Source: a virus
Strand: one strand, 5' to 3'
DNA: 64,000 nt
IMG/VR virus record: IMGVR_UViG_3300017780_004980
Coordinates: 33,767-97,766 of that record
The notes under the pieces are model-generated. The model did no database searches. It was not told the origin of the DNA and saw only the letters and a list, made by a program, of their open reading frames with translations. Position numbers and translations under genes: made by a program. Positions 28,432-37,405 of the stretch are shown here, one piece after another (the first letter of the stretch is position 1; each line of letters begins with the position of its first letter).

Positions 28432-29581
28432 GCTCGGGGACCTTTCTGGGGATTTTCTTGACCCCGATCTTCTGGGTGATCAGGACGTGGGTTTCGGTCG
28501 TCATATGGCCATTCGGCAGCGGGACCGGAGGGATCACCCCGGGCCCAGGCGGGGCCACGGCCTCCAGAGGCGCCGGATAGATCACCTTCGGTTTCTTGCC
28601 GGCCTTGAACGGCGGGGCGGCCTTCTGCTGGGCCGGGGTCATGTACTTGCTGTACGGGTGCATGGAGCCGAGCTCGTGGACCTTGATCCAGTCGACCGGC
28701 TGCCTGGCGAAGTCCGCCGCGCCCGGCACTTCCTCATGAACCCGACGAGCGAACTCGATCATCTCGTTGTCGACGTGCGTGTGCGAGAACAGCGAGGTCG
28801 GGTACGGATAAGGCATCATGCCCTTCGACCGCACCAGGGCCGGTATTTGCCCCGACCTCTGGACGTCCAGGATTTCGTAGAGGCCCGCGCCGTAATTATT
28901 GTAGAGCATGCCCTTGTTGAAGATCGGGCCGCCGTTGTGGGCCAGGGTCCAGACCGTGTCGAGGAACATCTCCGCCGTCGTGTGGCCCCGGACAAACGAC
29001 ACCAGAGGGTCGGTCACCTGCCCCCAGGCCGGGCCGCCGAAGCTGCTGCTGTAGCTCCCGTAGTAGTGCGTGTACTGGAGACTGGCGGCGAAATCACCGA
29101 TGGAGACATCCTTCAGATTGTTCCGGAATACGCTCATCGTGTTGCTGATTTCCGACGTGTCCTTGTAAGCCTTAAGGGCATCCGCGCAGGGTTGACCGAA
29201 GTGCTTGGCGATTATCGGCTGCATCTCGGACTTGTTCTCAAGGTGCCGAGCTTCGCGGGCCGTGATCACCGCCACGTAGTAGACCGCCCGCAGCATGCTC
29301 CGGGCCGCCCTGTCGTGGTATTCCTCGCAGATGGCCAGCACCGGATCGGGCAAGGGTTCATAGGGATCGAACGCCTGGGCGATGCAGTGCATCGCGTGGT
29401 TCGCCAGATAGAACCAAAGCGCGTGCTTCTCGGGCACCATACTGTCCGTGGCCGAGGCCCTGAAGTGGTCGATCTGGTCGGCGAAAACGTGCATGGGGGT
29501 GGCCGACAAGTCCCGCCGCATCATCAGGGGTCGGCCCTGAAGCTGATAGGCCACCGTGTTCTTCTTGGCTGAAAAGGCCAC
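28424..29581 (-). CDS. Hypothetical protein of the dikinase/phosphatase cluster
   Basis: 385 aa; conserved-looking motifs REARH, FGGPAW, DTVWTLAHNGGPIFNKG, LDVQRSGQIP; no family assigned. Confidence 0.75.
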   Translation of the reverse strand: MAFSAKKNTVAYQLQGRPLMMRRDLSATPMHVFADQIDHFRASATDSMVPEKHALWFYLANHAMHCIAQAFDPYEPLPDPVLAICEEYHDRAARSMLRAVYYVAVITAREARHLENKSEMQPIIAKHFGQPCADALKAYKDTSEISNTMSVFRNNLKDVSIGDFAASLQYTHYYGSYSSSFGGPAWGQVTDPLVSFVRGHTTAEMFLDTVWTLAHNGGPIFNKGMLYNNYGAGLYEILDVQRSGQIPALVRSKGMMPYPYPTSLFSHTHVDNEMIEFARRVHEEVPGAADFARQPVDWIKVHELGSMHPYSKYMTPAQQKAAPPFKAGKKPKVIYPAPLEAVAPPGPGVIPPVPLPNGHMTTETHVLITQKIGVKKIPRKVPEHA

Positions 29582-29615
29582 CTCGCATCCTCCATGATGC
29601 CTTAGAGATACTCGT

Positions 29616-29643
29616 ACTTTAGCTCTGGGGGCCGACGGGTCAA
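29616..29643 (-). promoter_or_regulatory. Sigma70-type promoter
   Basis: TTGACC-N16-TAAAGT (GCTAAAGT). Confidence 0.65.
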
Positions 29644-29668
29644 ACTTGAAGGCGCCGGCCCCCGGCTT

Positions 29669-30163
29669 TTACCGGAGCAGGCCCAGCCAGGCCCGGACGG
29701 CCCAGCCGAACAGTTTCTTGCGGATCGGCTTCGGGTCGAAGGCGTCGATGAAGTCCTGCTGCCCTTTCGTCTCGACGGCGTGGTCCAGATAATGCTCGCG
29801 CACCCAGATCACCGCGACGGGCGGGCCCCAGTTGTCATCATCCTCGTCCTCGTCAGGCAGGAACACCTTGGCCAGGCAGCTGTAGAACGTGCCGGTCCGG
29901 CCGATGCCGCCCATGCAGCCGGCGTAGACCTCGTTGCCGATCATGGCCTGCTTGATGGCGAACTCGACACCGGCCGCCATATCGGCCTGGGTCGGGGTGC
30001 TGAAGTCCGCGCAGGGCACGGAGTGATCGAAGGGCTTTTCGATCTCGGCGGCGAGCTTGATACCGACCAGCGCCGCCGGCCGGTTGCGGTAGGGTCCGCC
30101 TCGGAACCGCAGGGTGCGGCCGAGATAGCGGAAGCTGAACGGATCATAGTGGGCAGTCGACAT
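29669..30163 (-). CDS. Cys-based (dual-specificity / PTP-like) phosphatase
   Basis: CADFSTP acid loop, YAGCMGGIGRTG CX5R, AVET..Q. Confidence 0.9.
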   Translation of the reverse strand: MSTAHYDPFSFRYLGRTLRFRGGPYRNRPAALVGIKLAAEIEKPFDHSVPCADFSTPTQADMAAGVEFAIKQAMIGNEVYAGCMGGIGRTGTFYSCLAKVFLPDEDEDDDNWGPPVAVIWVREHYLDHAVETKGQQDFIDAFDPKPIRKKLFGWAVRAWLGLLR

Positions 30164-30186
30164 TTGACCCTCCTTGGTCTTTCTCT

Positions 30187-30214
30187 ACGGTAACTCTGGT
30201 GCAAGTGGTTGCAA
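30187..30214 (-). promoter_or_regulatory. Sigma70-type promoter whose -35 overlaps the 14-bp repeat
   Basis: TTGCAA-N16-TACCGT; TGCAACCACTTGCA covers the -35 box and part of the spacer. Confidence 0.55.
30200..30213 (+). repeat. 14-bp motif (copy 5, overlapping a promoter)
   Basis: Exact match. Confidence 0.9.
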
Positions 30215-30217
30215 ACT

Positions 30218-30580
30218 TTAGAGCAGCGAGGCGACGTCCTCGTCGATTTGTTTCTGGGTGCGCAGAGCCCGGCCGGTGTAGCCGCAGTCCGCGCAGCCCG
30301 CGCCGCTGCACAGGCCGCATTCGACCTGCTGCTGCCGGTGCTCATATTCGTGGCGGTAGGCGTCCTCGGTCCAGACCTGGTAAATCACCTCGTCATGGAC
30401 CTCCAGCACGTAGTCTTCGTACCGACGGTTCATCTGTCCCAGTGTGAACGGGGCGCCGAGATACCCCATCTCCGCGACCTTCTCGTAGGACAAGCCCAAC
30501 CTTTCGGCTTGATGCCCGGCTTTGTCGAATATCGCGTACCGGTGCGACGTGCTCTGCCCGGGATCACCCGTTCTTGGCAT
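30218..30580 (-). CDS. Hypothetical protein with C-terminal CxxC..CxxC zinc ribbon
   Basis: ECGLCSGAGCADCGYTG; likely start MPRTGD. Confidence 0.65.
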   Translation of the reverse strand: MPRTGDPGQSTSHRYAIFDKAGHQAERLGLSYEKVAEMGYLGAPFTLGQMNRRYEDYVLEVHDEVIYQVWTEDAYRHEYEHRQQQVECGLCSGAGCADCGYTGRALRTQKQIDEDVASLL

Positions 30581-30857
30581 GGAACACCTCGCCACGGTCG
30601 ATCTTGATTTCCAGGGCCGCCTGGAACACCGCGCGGACCTTGCTGGACAGGACCCGGGGACCTTCCGACACCCGGACACCGGGCAGTATTTCAGTCGCCT
30701 TCTCGGGGCCGATTTCGTACTGCTCGCCGGTACTGACCCGGGTCAGGGTAAAGGCTTCGTCGGAAAACATCTCCGTCATCACGAACCGCGCCGGCGTCTC
30801 TCCGGGCAGCGTGATGTACAGGTCTTCCTTTTCCGCCAATGTCAGGGCCAGGGCCAT
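30564..30857 (-). CDS. csrA: CsrA/RsmA-like RNA-binding translational regulator with internal insertion
   Basis: MALALTLAEKEDLYI aligns with CsrA MLILTRRVGETLMI; KVRAVFQAALEIKIDRGEVF aligns with [20 protein letters not shown], keeping the Arg44 equivalent. Confidence 0.6.
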   Translation of the reverse strand: MALALTLAEKEDLYITLPGETPARFVMTEMFSDEAFTLTRVSTGEQYEIGPEKATEILPGVRVSEGPRVLSSKVRAVFQAALEIKIDRGEVFHAKNG

Positions 30858-30905
30858 TATGCGATCCTCATGATCTTGTGGCTGTGCGTCGGTCGAGCCA
30901 CCATA

Positions 30906-32999
30906 TCAAGCACTCTTGAGGACCGCAAACGCCGCCTCACCCTTGAACATCGGTTTCGGCATCAATCTGGCCTTCGGGTTCTTCCCGAGCACCAGGTCCA
31001 TAACCTCCTTCACCTGAGCTCCGTGACCTAGGGCCGCGCGGAGGTTGTCGCTGACCGTGACGAAGCCCTCGACATGAAGCAGGCTGTGCAGGGTCAGGGC
31101 CTCCGGGACTTCCATCATGGTCTTCTTCAGCACGTCCCTGATCGGGTCGCGGTCCGTGACGAAGTACGTCTTGGTCAAGTCCGCGCCCTTGACGCCGGCC
31201 AGCACGTTCTGGACGAAGCGGGCCTGCTCGGGGACGACCCCCATAGCGTTCCAGATCATGGCGTCCGGTTTGTCGCCATAGGCATCGGCCGGGGTCGCGT
31301 CGAGGATCACCAGCTGCCCGTCATCGTTCAGCAGCTTCAGCGTATCGACCATGGTGACGATCTCCGCCGGGGTCCGGTGCAGCCATTCGGCCAGCATCAC
31401 GCAGCTGTTCGCGCGGGGCTGGACGACCTTCTCGATCATGCCGTGGTCTTCGAACAGCCAGCGGAAGAACTGGTCGAGGTATTCGTCCTCCTCGCCGCCG
31501 GCGACGGGAACCTCCTGCTTCCAGACTTCGCCGGTCGAACCGTTGATGCTGATCATGTGGCCCGGAAGCAGCGGGTCATCGACGTTCAGGTCCGTGCAGC
31601 CGACGACACAGGGCTTGTTCATGCCTCGGGCGACCACGGCAGCGTGGCTGGTGGCGCCGCCGGTCTTGGTCAGGATGCCGAGGGCCGCGTCCATGCCGGC
31701 GATGTCGTCCGGCGTCGTCTCGTGCGTCACCAGGATCACCTTCAAGCCCTGCTTGGCGGCCGAAACAGCCGCTGCGGCCGACGTGACGACATGCCCGCTG
31801 ACAACGCCAGGCGAAGCCGGAATGCCCTTCATCCAGGGCGGCGTCTTGAACTTCGGGTCGATGACCGGCCGGCTGGCGAGCAGATACTGCTTGGCGGTCA
31901 CCCGACGGTAGACCTCCTTGCGCTCGATCATGCCCTCCATGGCCAGGTCGACGGCGATCCTGAAGGCCGCCTTGGCGGTGCGCTTGCCGTTGCGGGTCTG
32001 GAGCATGAACAGCTCGCCATCCTGCACCGTGAACTCCACGTCCTGCATATCGCGGGCGTCGAGCTCCAGCTTCTCGGCGATGTCCAGCAGCTGGTGGCGA
32101 ATGGGCTCCCAGTCTTTGTCCTGCGCCATTTCGTCGAGCCCGAGCGGGGTCCGGATGCCAGCGACCACGTCCTCGCCCTGGGCGTTCGGGAGAAACTCGC
32201 CAAGCACCACCTTCTCGCCGGTCGACGGGTCGCGCGTGAACAGCACACCCGAACCCGACCGGTCGTTCATGTTGCCGAACACCATGGCCTGAACAACAAC
32301 GGCAGTGCCCATGTCCTCCGAGATGCCCTCCATCTTCCGGTAGTGGATCGCGCGCTCGCTGTTCCACGATTTGAACACCGCGCCGATGGCGAACCGCAGC
32401 TGGGTCAGCAGATCGTCGGGCGGGGTTTTGAGGCCGGCGTCCGAATAGATCGTCCAGTACCGCTTGCAGACCGAGCGAAGGGCGTCGACCGTCATGTCCG
32501 CGTCCGTGTGGGCCTTGGTCTCCTTCTTCACGGTCTCGAAGGTGGTGTCGAACCGCTTGGCGTCCAGGTTCAGCGCCGTGGTGCCCAGCATCTGGAGCAT
32601 CCTGCGGTAGCTGTCATAGGCCGCCCGCTCGTTCAGGCGCTCCTTCCAGTCGGGCAACACCTCGCGGCACATGCCGACATTGAGGATGGTGTCCATCATG
32701 CCCGGCATGGATACCGGGGCGCCCGACCGGACCGACAGCAACGGCATGTAGCCGAAGTGGTTGCGGAGCCAGTCGAGGTAGGGGCCGAGGTCGGCCATCA
32801 CCGCGTCCATCACCGCGTTCGGGGCTTCCGCGAACATCGGCGACAACGCCGTGGGGATGATGAAGCCGGGGGGCACGTTGTAGCCCCGGGCCGCCATCTT
32901 CGAAAGGTTGGCCCCTTTGCCGCCAAGCTCCCAGGCGTCGGCGTTTTGATCACCGAAACCTGCGCCAAAGCGGGGGAAAGCCTCAAATTGGTCTGTCAC
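30906..32999 (-). CDS. Pyruvate-phosphate-dikinase-like protein: ATP-grasp and phospho-His swivel domains, PEP/pyruvate TIM barrel replaced
   Basis: LGGKGANL, LLSVRSGA, MPGMMDTILN, QAMVFGN, NAQGEDVVAG, QDVEFT..LQTR, GGATSHAAVVARG. About 700 aa, ending in ~200 aa that do not resemble the PPDK barrel. GTG start at 32999. Confidence 0.9.
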   Translation of the reverse strand: MTDQFEAFPRFGAGFGDQNADAWELGGKGANLSKMAARGYNVPPGFIIPTALSPMFAEAPNAVMDAVMADLGPYLDWLRNHFGYMPLLSVRSGAPVSMPGMMDTILNVGMCREVLPDWKERLNERAAYDSYRRMLQMLGTTALNLDAKRFDTTFETVKKETKAHTDADMTVDALRSVCKRYWTIYSDAGLKTPPDDLLTQLRFAIGAVFKSWNSERAIHYRKMEGISEDMGTAVVVQAMVFGNMNDRSGSGVLFTRDPSTGEKVVLGEFLPNAQGEDVVAGIRTPLGLDEMAQDKDWEPIRHQLLDIAEKLELDARDMQDVEFTVQDGELFMLQTRNGKRTAKAAFRIAVDLAMEGMIERKEVYRRVTAKQYLLASRPVIDPKFKTPPWMKGIPASPGVVSGHVVTSAAAAVSAAKQGLKVILVTHETTPDDIAGMDAALGILTKTGGATSHAAVVARGMNKPCVVGCTDLNVDDPLLPGHMISINGSTGEVWKQEVPVAGGEEDEYLDQFFRWLFEDHGMIEKVVQPRANSCVMLAEWLHRTPAEIVTMVDTLKLLNDDGQLVILDATPADAYGDKPDAMIWNAMGVVPEQARFVQNVLAGVKGADLTKTYFVTDRDPIRDVLKKTMMEVPEALTLHSLLHVEGFVTVSDNLRAALGHGAQVKEVMDLVLGKNPKARLMPKPMFKGEAAFAVLKSA

Positions 33000-33023
33000 C
33001 TGATCCTCCATGATCATACGATT

Positions 33024-33051
33024 ACACTAGGCTCTGGGGTCTGCTGGTCAA
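33024..33051 (-). promoter_or_regulatory. Sigma70-type promoter
   Basis: TTGACC-N16-TAGTGT. Confidence 0.65.
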
Positions 33052-33069
33052 GGAGTATATCAGCCGGCG

Positions 33070-33315
33070 TCAATGGGGGGGTCCGGGCGTGTGCGCCTTG
33101 ATGACCACCACCATGTCCGTCGTCATGAACACCTCCATCTCCGTCTGGAACGGGAAGGCGGTCAGGGCCGACAGGAGGCTGTCCTTGGACACCTCCGCAA
33201 CCAGCTTGGCGGCGTACGTCACGCCGGCCGTGGTGAGTGTTACCGGGGTCTCCAGCATGACCTTGACCCCGCCCTGCTTGATCAAGGCCTTCACCTTGGA
33301 GAGCTTCATCTTCAT
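33070..33315 (-). CDS. Hypothetical protein
   Basis: Start MKMKLSKV in an ATGA overlap; 81 aa. Confidence 0.6.
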   Translation of the reverse strand: MKMKLSKVKALIKQGGVKVMLETPVTLTTAGVTYAAKLVAEVSKDSLLSALTAFPFQTEMEVFMTTDMVVVIKAHTPGPPH

Positions 33316-33581
33316 GCGAGGATCGGAGCCACTTTCACCGGCATGTCGTCCACGCCGATTTCTTCGATGCTGAGGCGGAAGCACCGGCCGTCGCCCGGCT
33401 TGTAGTAGATCACGCCCTCGCGGTCGAGGGCGGCGCCAACCTTGAACTCCGAGGTCAGGCCGGTGCGTTGCCGGTGCGTCTTCTGCAACGGGTTGTGGTT
33501 CTTCACCTTGCGGCCGAGCCATTGGGTGAAGCCGCCGAGCTCGCTCTTTGCGTTCCGCAGCTTGTTGTTGTGGGCAGGCAT
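33312..33581 (-). CDS. Hypothetical protein
   Basis: 89 aa with strong AAGGAGG RBS and upstream promoter. Confidence 0.7.
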   Translation of the reverse strand: MPAHNNKLRNAKSELGGFTQWLGRKVKNHNPLQKTHRQRTGLTSEFKVGAALDREGVIYYKPGDGRCFRLSIEEIGVDDMPVKVAPILA

Positions 33582-33609
33582 ATATGACCCTCCTTGGTCT
33601 GATACCCCT

Positions 33610-33637
33610 ATTGTATCTGGAGGGTCCGACGGGACAA
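33610..33637 (-). promoter_or_regulatory. Sigma70-type promoter
   Basis: TTGTCC-N16-TACAAT. Confidence 0.65.
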
Positions 33638-33641
33638 GGGG

Positions 33642-34121
33642 TTATCCGGCCGCCAGGATGAGATGGCTGAAGTACCCGCGATGCCGGGCCTCCTTCTCCA
33701 TCTTGCGGGCCGCATCCATGATCGTAGAGATGCGTCCGTAGGCGCCATCCTCGTCCTGCTCGTCCTCGCCCGTGGCTTCGCCGGCAATCGCCAGGCACAC
33801 CAGCATGGCGTTCTCTTCGACGTCGTGGCCGCGCTTCTGAAGGTTCACGAACATGACGCAGACGCCCGCCAGGAGCGCCGGCAGCTGGTCTTCGTTCGAG
33901 GCCTTGAGAATGTCGTAGCCGTCCTTCTCGATGGCCCGCGCCACGGTCTGTCTAGCCACAGGAGGAAGGTCCTTGACCGACAGGACCGACGCCTTGCCGG
34001 CCAGGTCTTCAAGGTCCTTCCTGATCTCCAGGCCGACATTCTTCATGCTGGCCAGCACGAGGGAGATCATGAAGCCGGGCAGGCCCTTCTGGACCCGGGC
34101 GTGGTTGAGATCAGCGTGCAT
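33642..34121 (-). CDS. Hypothetical protein
   Basis: About 159-aa helical ORF in operon orientation. Confidence 0.65.
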   Translation of the reverse strand: MHADLNHARVQKGLPGFMISLVLASMKNVGLEIRKDLEDLAGKASVLSVKDLPPVARQTVARAIEKDGYDILKASNEDQLPALLAGVCVMFVNLQKRGHDVEENAMLVCLAIAGEATGEDEQDEDGAYGRISTIMDAARKMEKEARHRGYFSHLILAAG

Positions 34122-34132
34122 GTTCAAAGCCT

Positions 34133-34146
34133 TGCAAGTGGTTGCA
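34133..34146 (+). repeat. 14-bp motif (copy 6, intergenic)
   Basis: Exact match. Confidence 0.9.
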
Positions 34147-34147
34147 A

Positions 34148-34339
34148 TCAGTCGTCGTCTTCCATGACGCCGTTGTGGTCGACCACCAGGCGCATGATCT
34201 GCGCGTTTGGGTCGCCCCCAAGAAAGCGGACCGTACGCGCTTCCTTGTCCAATTCCAAGAGGTTCGACGGGTAGCGCAGGTCCAGGAATTCGGTGAACAG
34301 GCTGAAATTCGTGTCCGAGGTGAATGACACCAGCATCAT
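34148..34339 (-). CDS. Small hypothetical protein
   Basis: 63 aa, ATGA overlap with the upstream gene. Confidence 0.5.
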   Translation of the reverse strand: MMLVSFTSDTNFSLFTEFLDLRYPSNLLELDKEARTVRFLGGDPNAQIMRLVVDHNGVMEDDD

Positions 34340-37074
34340 TGCACTTGCATGCTGATCAGAACCTTGTGCGTGCGGCCCTGCGCGGTGACGCCGATCACCC
34401 CGATACGCGCGTTGGCGCCGGCCGTACCAGCACTAAGCCAGAAGGTGGTGATGCCGCCGGCAGTGCTTATGTCGCCAAGGACCAAGCCGTCTGACGGCGT
34501 GATGGTCACCGTCAGGATCGTGTCGTCAGACAGCAGGGCTTGCCAGTCGACCTGGTAGTCCAGCACTTCGCTCGAAAACTTCTTCGGCAGGGTGAGCAAG
34601 ATCAGGTCTCCTTTCCGGACTACAGCGTTTCCGGCTCCGGGCCGCAGCATACGCGAAACATAGGGAATAGACAGAGCCCGGTCCTCGCTGAGGAGCGTGA
34701 TCTTTCGGCTGGTGTACGCCAGCGTCAGGCGTCTCTGTCTCGGGGTAACAAGCGGGTCCAGGTAAAAAGCCGATAGGACCAGGGCCCCGAGGGTCGACGC
34801 GGCGGTACCAACAATCTGGACGGCGCCGGCGGCGGCGCTGGCCAAAGAGCCCAGGACGGCGCTGGCTGCCGCCGTGATGGCCAGGGCGCCCGTGGACGCG
34901 CCCGTCAACACACCGAGGGTGGTGCTCGTCGTCCCCGCGATGGGCAGGGTGCCTGACGACAGAACGGTGACCGCGCCGAGGGTGTTGTCGGAGGCGCCGG
35001 TAGCGGCGGGGCCGCCAGTCGCAACCGCCGTAACCGCACCGAGGGTTTGGGTCGCGGCTCCGGAAACAGCCACGGCTGCCGTTGCGGTGGTCGTAAGGGT
35101 TCCGAGCTCCGGGGCCGCCGATCCGGTGAGGGAGATCGCGCCGCTGGCGGTAACCCCGACCGCGCCGAGCGCCGGGGCCGCAGTGCCGGCAACAGCAACG
35201 AGGCCCGCCGATGAGGCGGTGATCGCGCCTAGGGTGCCGTCTAGCTCCCCGAGTGCCGCCTGCCCAGCCGAGGCCGACAGGGTCACCTCGCCGAGGGTGA
35301 GGCTCGCCGCGCCGGCGATGGAGACGGCGCCAGCTCCTGTGGTCGTAACCAGGCCCAGGGTCGGCCCGGCCTCCCCGGCGACGGTCACGGCGCCGGCCGC
35401 CGCTATAGTGGCCGGGGCCAGGGTCGGTGTCGCCGCCCCGATAACGGACACCGCACCAGCGGCCGAAGCCGCCACTGCGCCGAGGGTGAGGCTCGCCGCC
35501 CCTGAAACCGAGACGGCTCCGCTCGAAGACGCCGTGACCGCGCCCAGGTCCGGGGCTGCCGAGCCTCCGACAAGCACCGTGCCTGCCGCCGACGTCCCGA
35601 GAGCGCCCAGCGACGGCGAGGCCGATCCCGTGACAGAAACCGTGCCCGCACCGGTAGCAGCCGCGTCCCCGAGCGTGGCAGACAGGGCCCCGTACGCGAC
35701 TTGCTCTGACGAGGCCTCCAGCGTTACCGCACCGAGGGTGGCATTGACCTCGCCCGCGATGGCCACAACCCCGGTAGCCGAGCTTGTCGCGGCCCCCAGG
35801 GTTGAAGCGACCTCCCCGACGATAGCAACAACGCCAGCAGCGGACGGCGTGACGGCCCCGAGAGTAGCCGCCAGCGTGCCGGTGATTTCCGTGACCGCTT
35901 GCGTGTATCGTAACGCGAAGCCACGGGGAGTCAGAGTGCCATCGTGGTCGCTGATCTTGACCGACAGCAGGTCGCCCGTCGAGACCGCGACGCTGTTGGA
36001 CGTGTCCGCGAATAGTCCGGTGGCGCCCGCCGTTATGGCGATGGTTACAGCCGTATCCGCCCCGGCCTTCCGAAGCGTGATGTTGGACGTGACCGTCGAG
36101 GCGTTGGCGGAAAGGCTGTAGGTCAGGTAGCTGGCCGTGCCGTCAAACGGCGCGGGAGCCTGGACGGTGGACTCCGTGGAGGTAACCGCGAACCGCCCCA
36201 TCACAGGGTTGAACCTGTTGGCCCCCGCCGACGCCGAGGTGGACGCCATGATGGGGGCCGCAATCACCGAAGCCCCCGCCGTGCTCGGCGTAAAGGTCGA
36301 AGAGGCGTTTACAATCGTCAGCGTATCAGCGCCGCTTCCCGTCACCAGGGAGATGCTGAGATTGTCGCCGGCAGCTACGGTGTCACTGTTGCTGGTGTCC
36401 TCAAAGGCGCCCGTGCCCGTGATACTCAGAAGCTGGTTGCCGTTGGCGCTGTTCTTCCGGCTGCGAACAGTGGTCGTCGTCGCCCGCGCCGCCGTGACAT
36501 ACAGCCGAAGATGCGACCACGACCCGGCCACGGGGGTCTTCAGTTGCGCTTCGCTTTCCGTCGCCAGCATAGACTGGAGGCGGCCCCCAAGGGCTATGTA
36601 GCGGGTCGCGCTGGCCGTGGTCAGCGAGACCGTCCCGAAGCACGACAGCGGGCTGACAGATTGACCGGTGCTTTCCAGTTCTGCCGTCAGGGCGTTCAGC
36701 AGGAGCGTGCCAGAGGTGGCGCCGATGGCCAGGGCGTAGCTGTAGGTATCGCCCGCCGTCAGGGAGACGGTGTTGGTCAGGTCCGTGTACGTGCCCGTCG
36801 TCGAAGCGGTGATCGTCACCACCTGCGACGTGGCCGATCCGTTCTTCTGGGTCGTGATGGTCGAGTTCGCCGCGCGGCTGTTGGTCGTCAGTCGGGCGCG
36901 AAGGTTCTGCAACACACAGTCCGACCCGCGATGAACAATAGCCGCATGGGCCTCGTTCGTGTTCGCCGGCTGCGTGGCCGCTACAGAGTTTCCATAGTTG
37001 CCGTAGTATGTGACGCTCGATGCCGGGGAGATACCGGCGCTGTCAGTCGCCCCGACGAACGCACTCTCAGCCAA
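34336..37074 (-). CDS. Putative head/tail fibre protein with 21-aa tandem repeats and C-terminal adaptor-like domain
   Basis: 912 aa: three ~125-aa beta-rich N-terminal repeats, 18 copies of xGxxxxTLGAVTxxAxGxVxx, and a C-terminal K..EVLDYQVDW...TFWLSAG domain. Confidence 0.7.
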   Translation of the reverse strand: MAESAFVGATDSAGISPASSVTYYGNYGNSVAATQPANTNEAHAAIVHRGSDCVLQNLRARLTTNSRAANSTITTQKNGSATSQVVTITASTTGTYTDLTNTVSLTAGDTYSYALAIGATSGTLLLNALTAELESTGQSVSPLSCFGTVSLTTASATRYIALGGRLQSMLATESEAQLKTPVAGSWSHLRLYVTAARATTTTVRSRKNSANGNQLLSITGTGAFEDTSNSDTVAAGDNLSISLVTGSGADTLTIVNASSTFTPSTAGASVIAAPIMASTSASAGANRFNPVMGRFAVTSTESTVQAPAPFDGTASYLTYSLSANASTVTSNITLRKAGADTAVTIAITAGATGLFADTSNSVAVSTGDLLSVKISDHDGTLTPRGFALRYTQAVTEITGTLAATLGAVTPSAAGVVAIVGEVASTLGAATSSATGVVAIAGEVNATLGAVTLEASSEQVAYGALSATLGDAAATGAGTVSVTGSASPSLGALGTSAAGTVLVGGSAAPDLGAVTASSSGAVSVSGAASLTLGAVAASAAGAVSVIGAATPTLAPATIAAAGAVTVAGEAGPTLGLVTTTGAGAVSIAGAASLTLGEVTLSASAGQAALGELDGTLGAITASSAGLVAVAGTAAPALGAVGVTASGAISLTGSAAPELGTLTTTATAAVAVSGAATQTLGAVTAVATGGPAATGASDNTLGAVTVLSSGTLPIAGTTSTTLGVLTGASTGALAITAAASAVLGSLASAAAGAVQIVGTAASTLGALVLSAFYLDPLVTPRQRRLTLAYTSRKITLLSEDRALSIPYVSRMLRPGAGNAVVRKGDLILLTLPKKFSSEVLDYQVDWQALLSDDTILTVTITPSDGLVLGDISTAGGITTFWLSAGTAGANARIGVIGVTAQGRTHKVLISMQVQ
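34762..35883 (-). repeat. About 18 degenerate 63-bp (21-aa) coding tandem repeats
   Basis: Translated periodicity with TLG/SLG/DLG every 21 residues. Confidence 0.85.
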
Positions 37075-37405
37075 CGGTCACACCTTCGGGGACGAGGCCC
37101 CGAAGTTGCTCCAAAACCGGGTCAGTAGCGCCCGGGATGGTGAAGGACAGCAGGCCGTCAGCCACACCAAAATCCCATTCGACGCTCTCCGGGTCGATCC
37201 AGGCCGGGAGGTTTTCGCGGATCAGGTTGAGCGTGGTGTTCTTAAGCTGGTTCTCCAGCAGAACAGCATCGTACACGGCCTGCGAGTCCAGGACCTCTTC
37301 ACCGTTTACGATAGCTTTCGTACAGCCTTGAAACTCGTCCCCGTCCCAGAGCGTGTGAAGCTCGTGGCCGGGGTGAGTGTCAGGCCACCAGGCCTGGGTT
37401 CTCAT
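37067..37405 (-). CDS. Hypothetical protein (fibre module)
   Basis: 112 aa, translationally coupled to both neighbours. Confidence 0.65.
   Translation of the reverse strand: MRTQAWWPDTHPGHELHTLWDGDEFQGCTKAIVNGEEVLDSQAVYDAVLLENQLKNTTLNLIRENLPAWIDPESVEWDFGVADGLLSFTIPGATDPVLEQLRGLVPEGVTVG

Noticed and set aside
30906-32999. Bona fide ppdK auxiliary metabolic gene
   Set aside because: The C-terminal PEP/pyruvate-binding barrel is not recognisable and the protein is too short.
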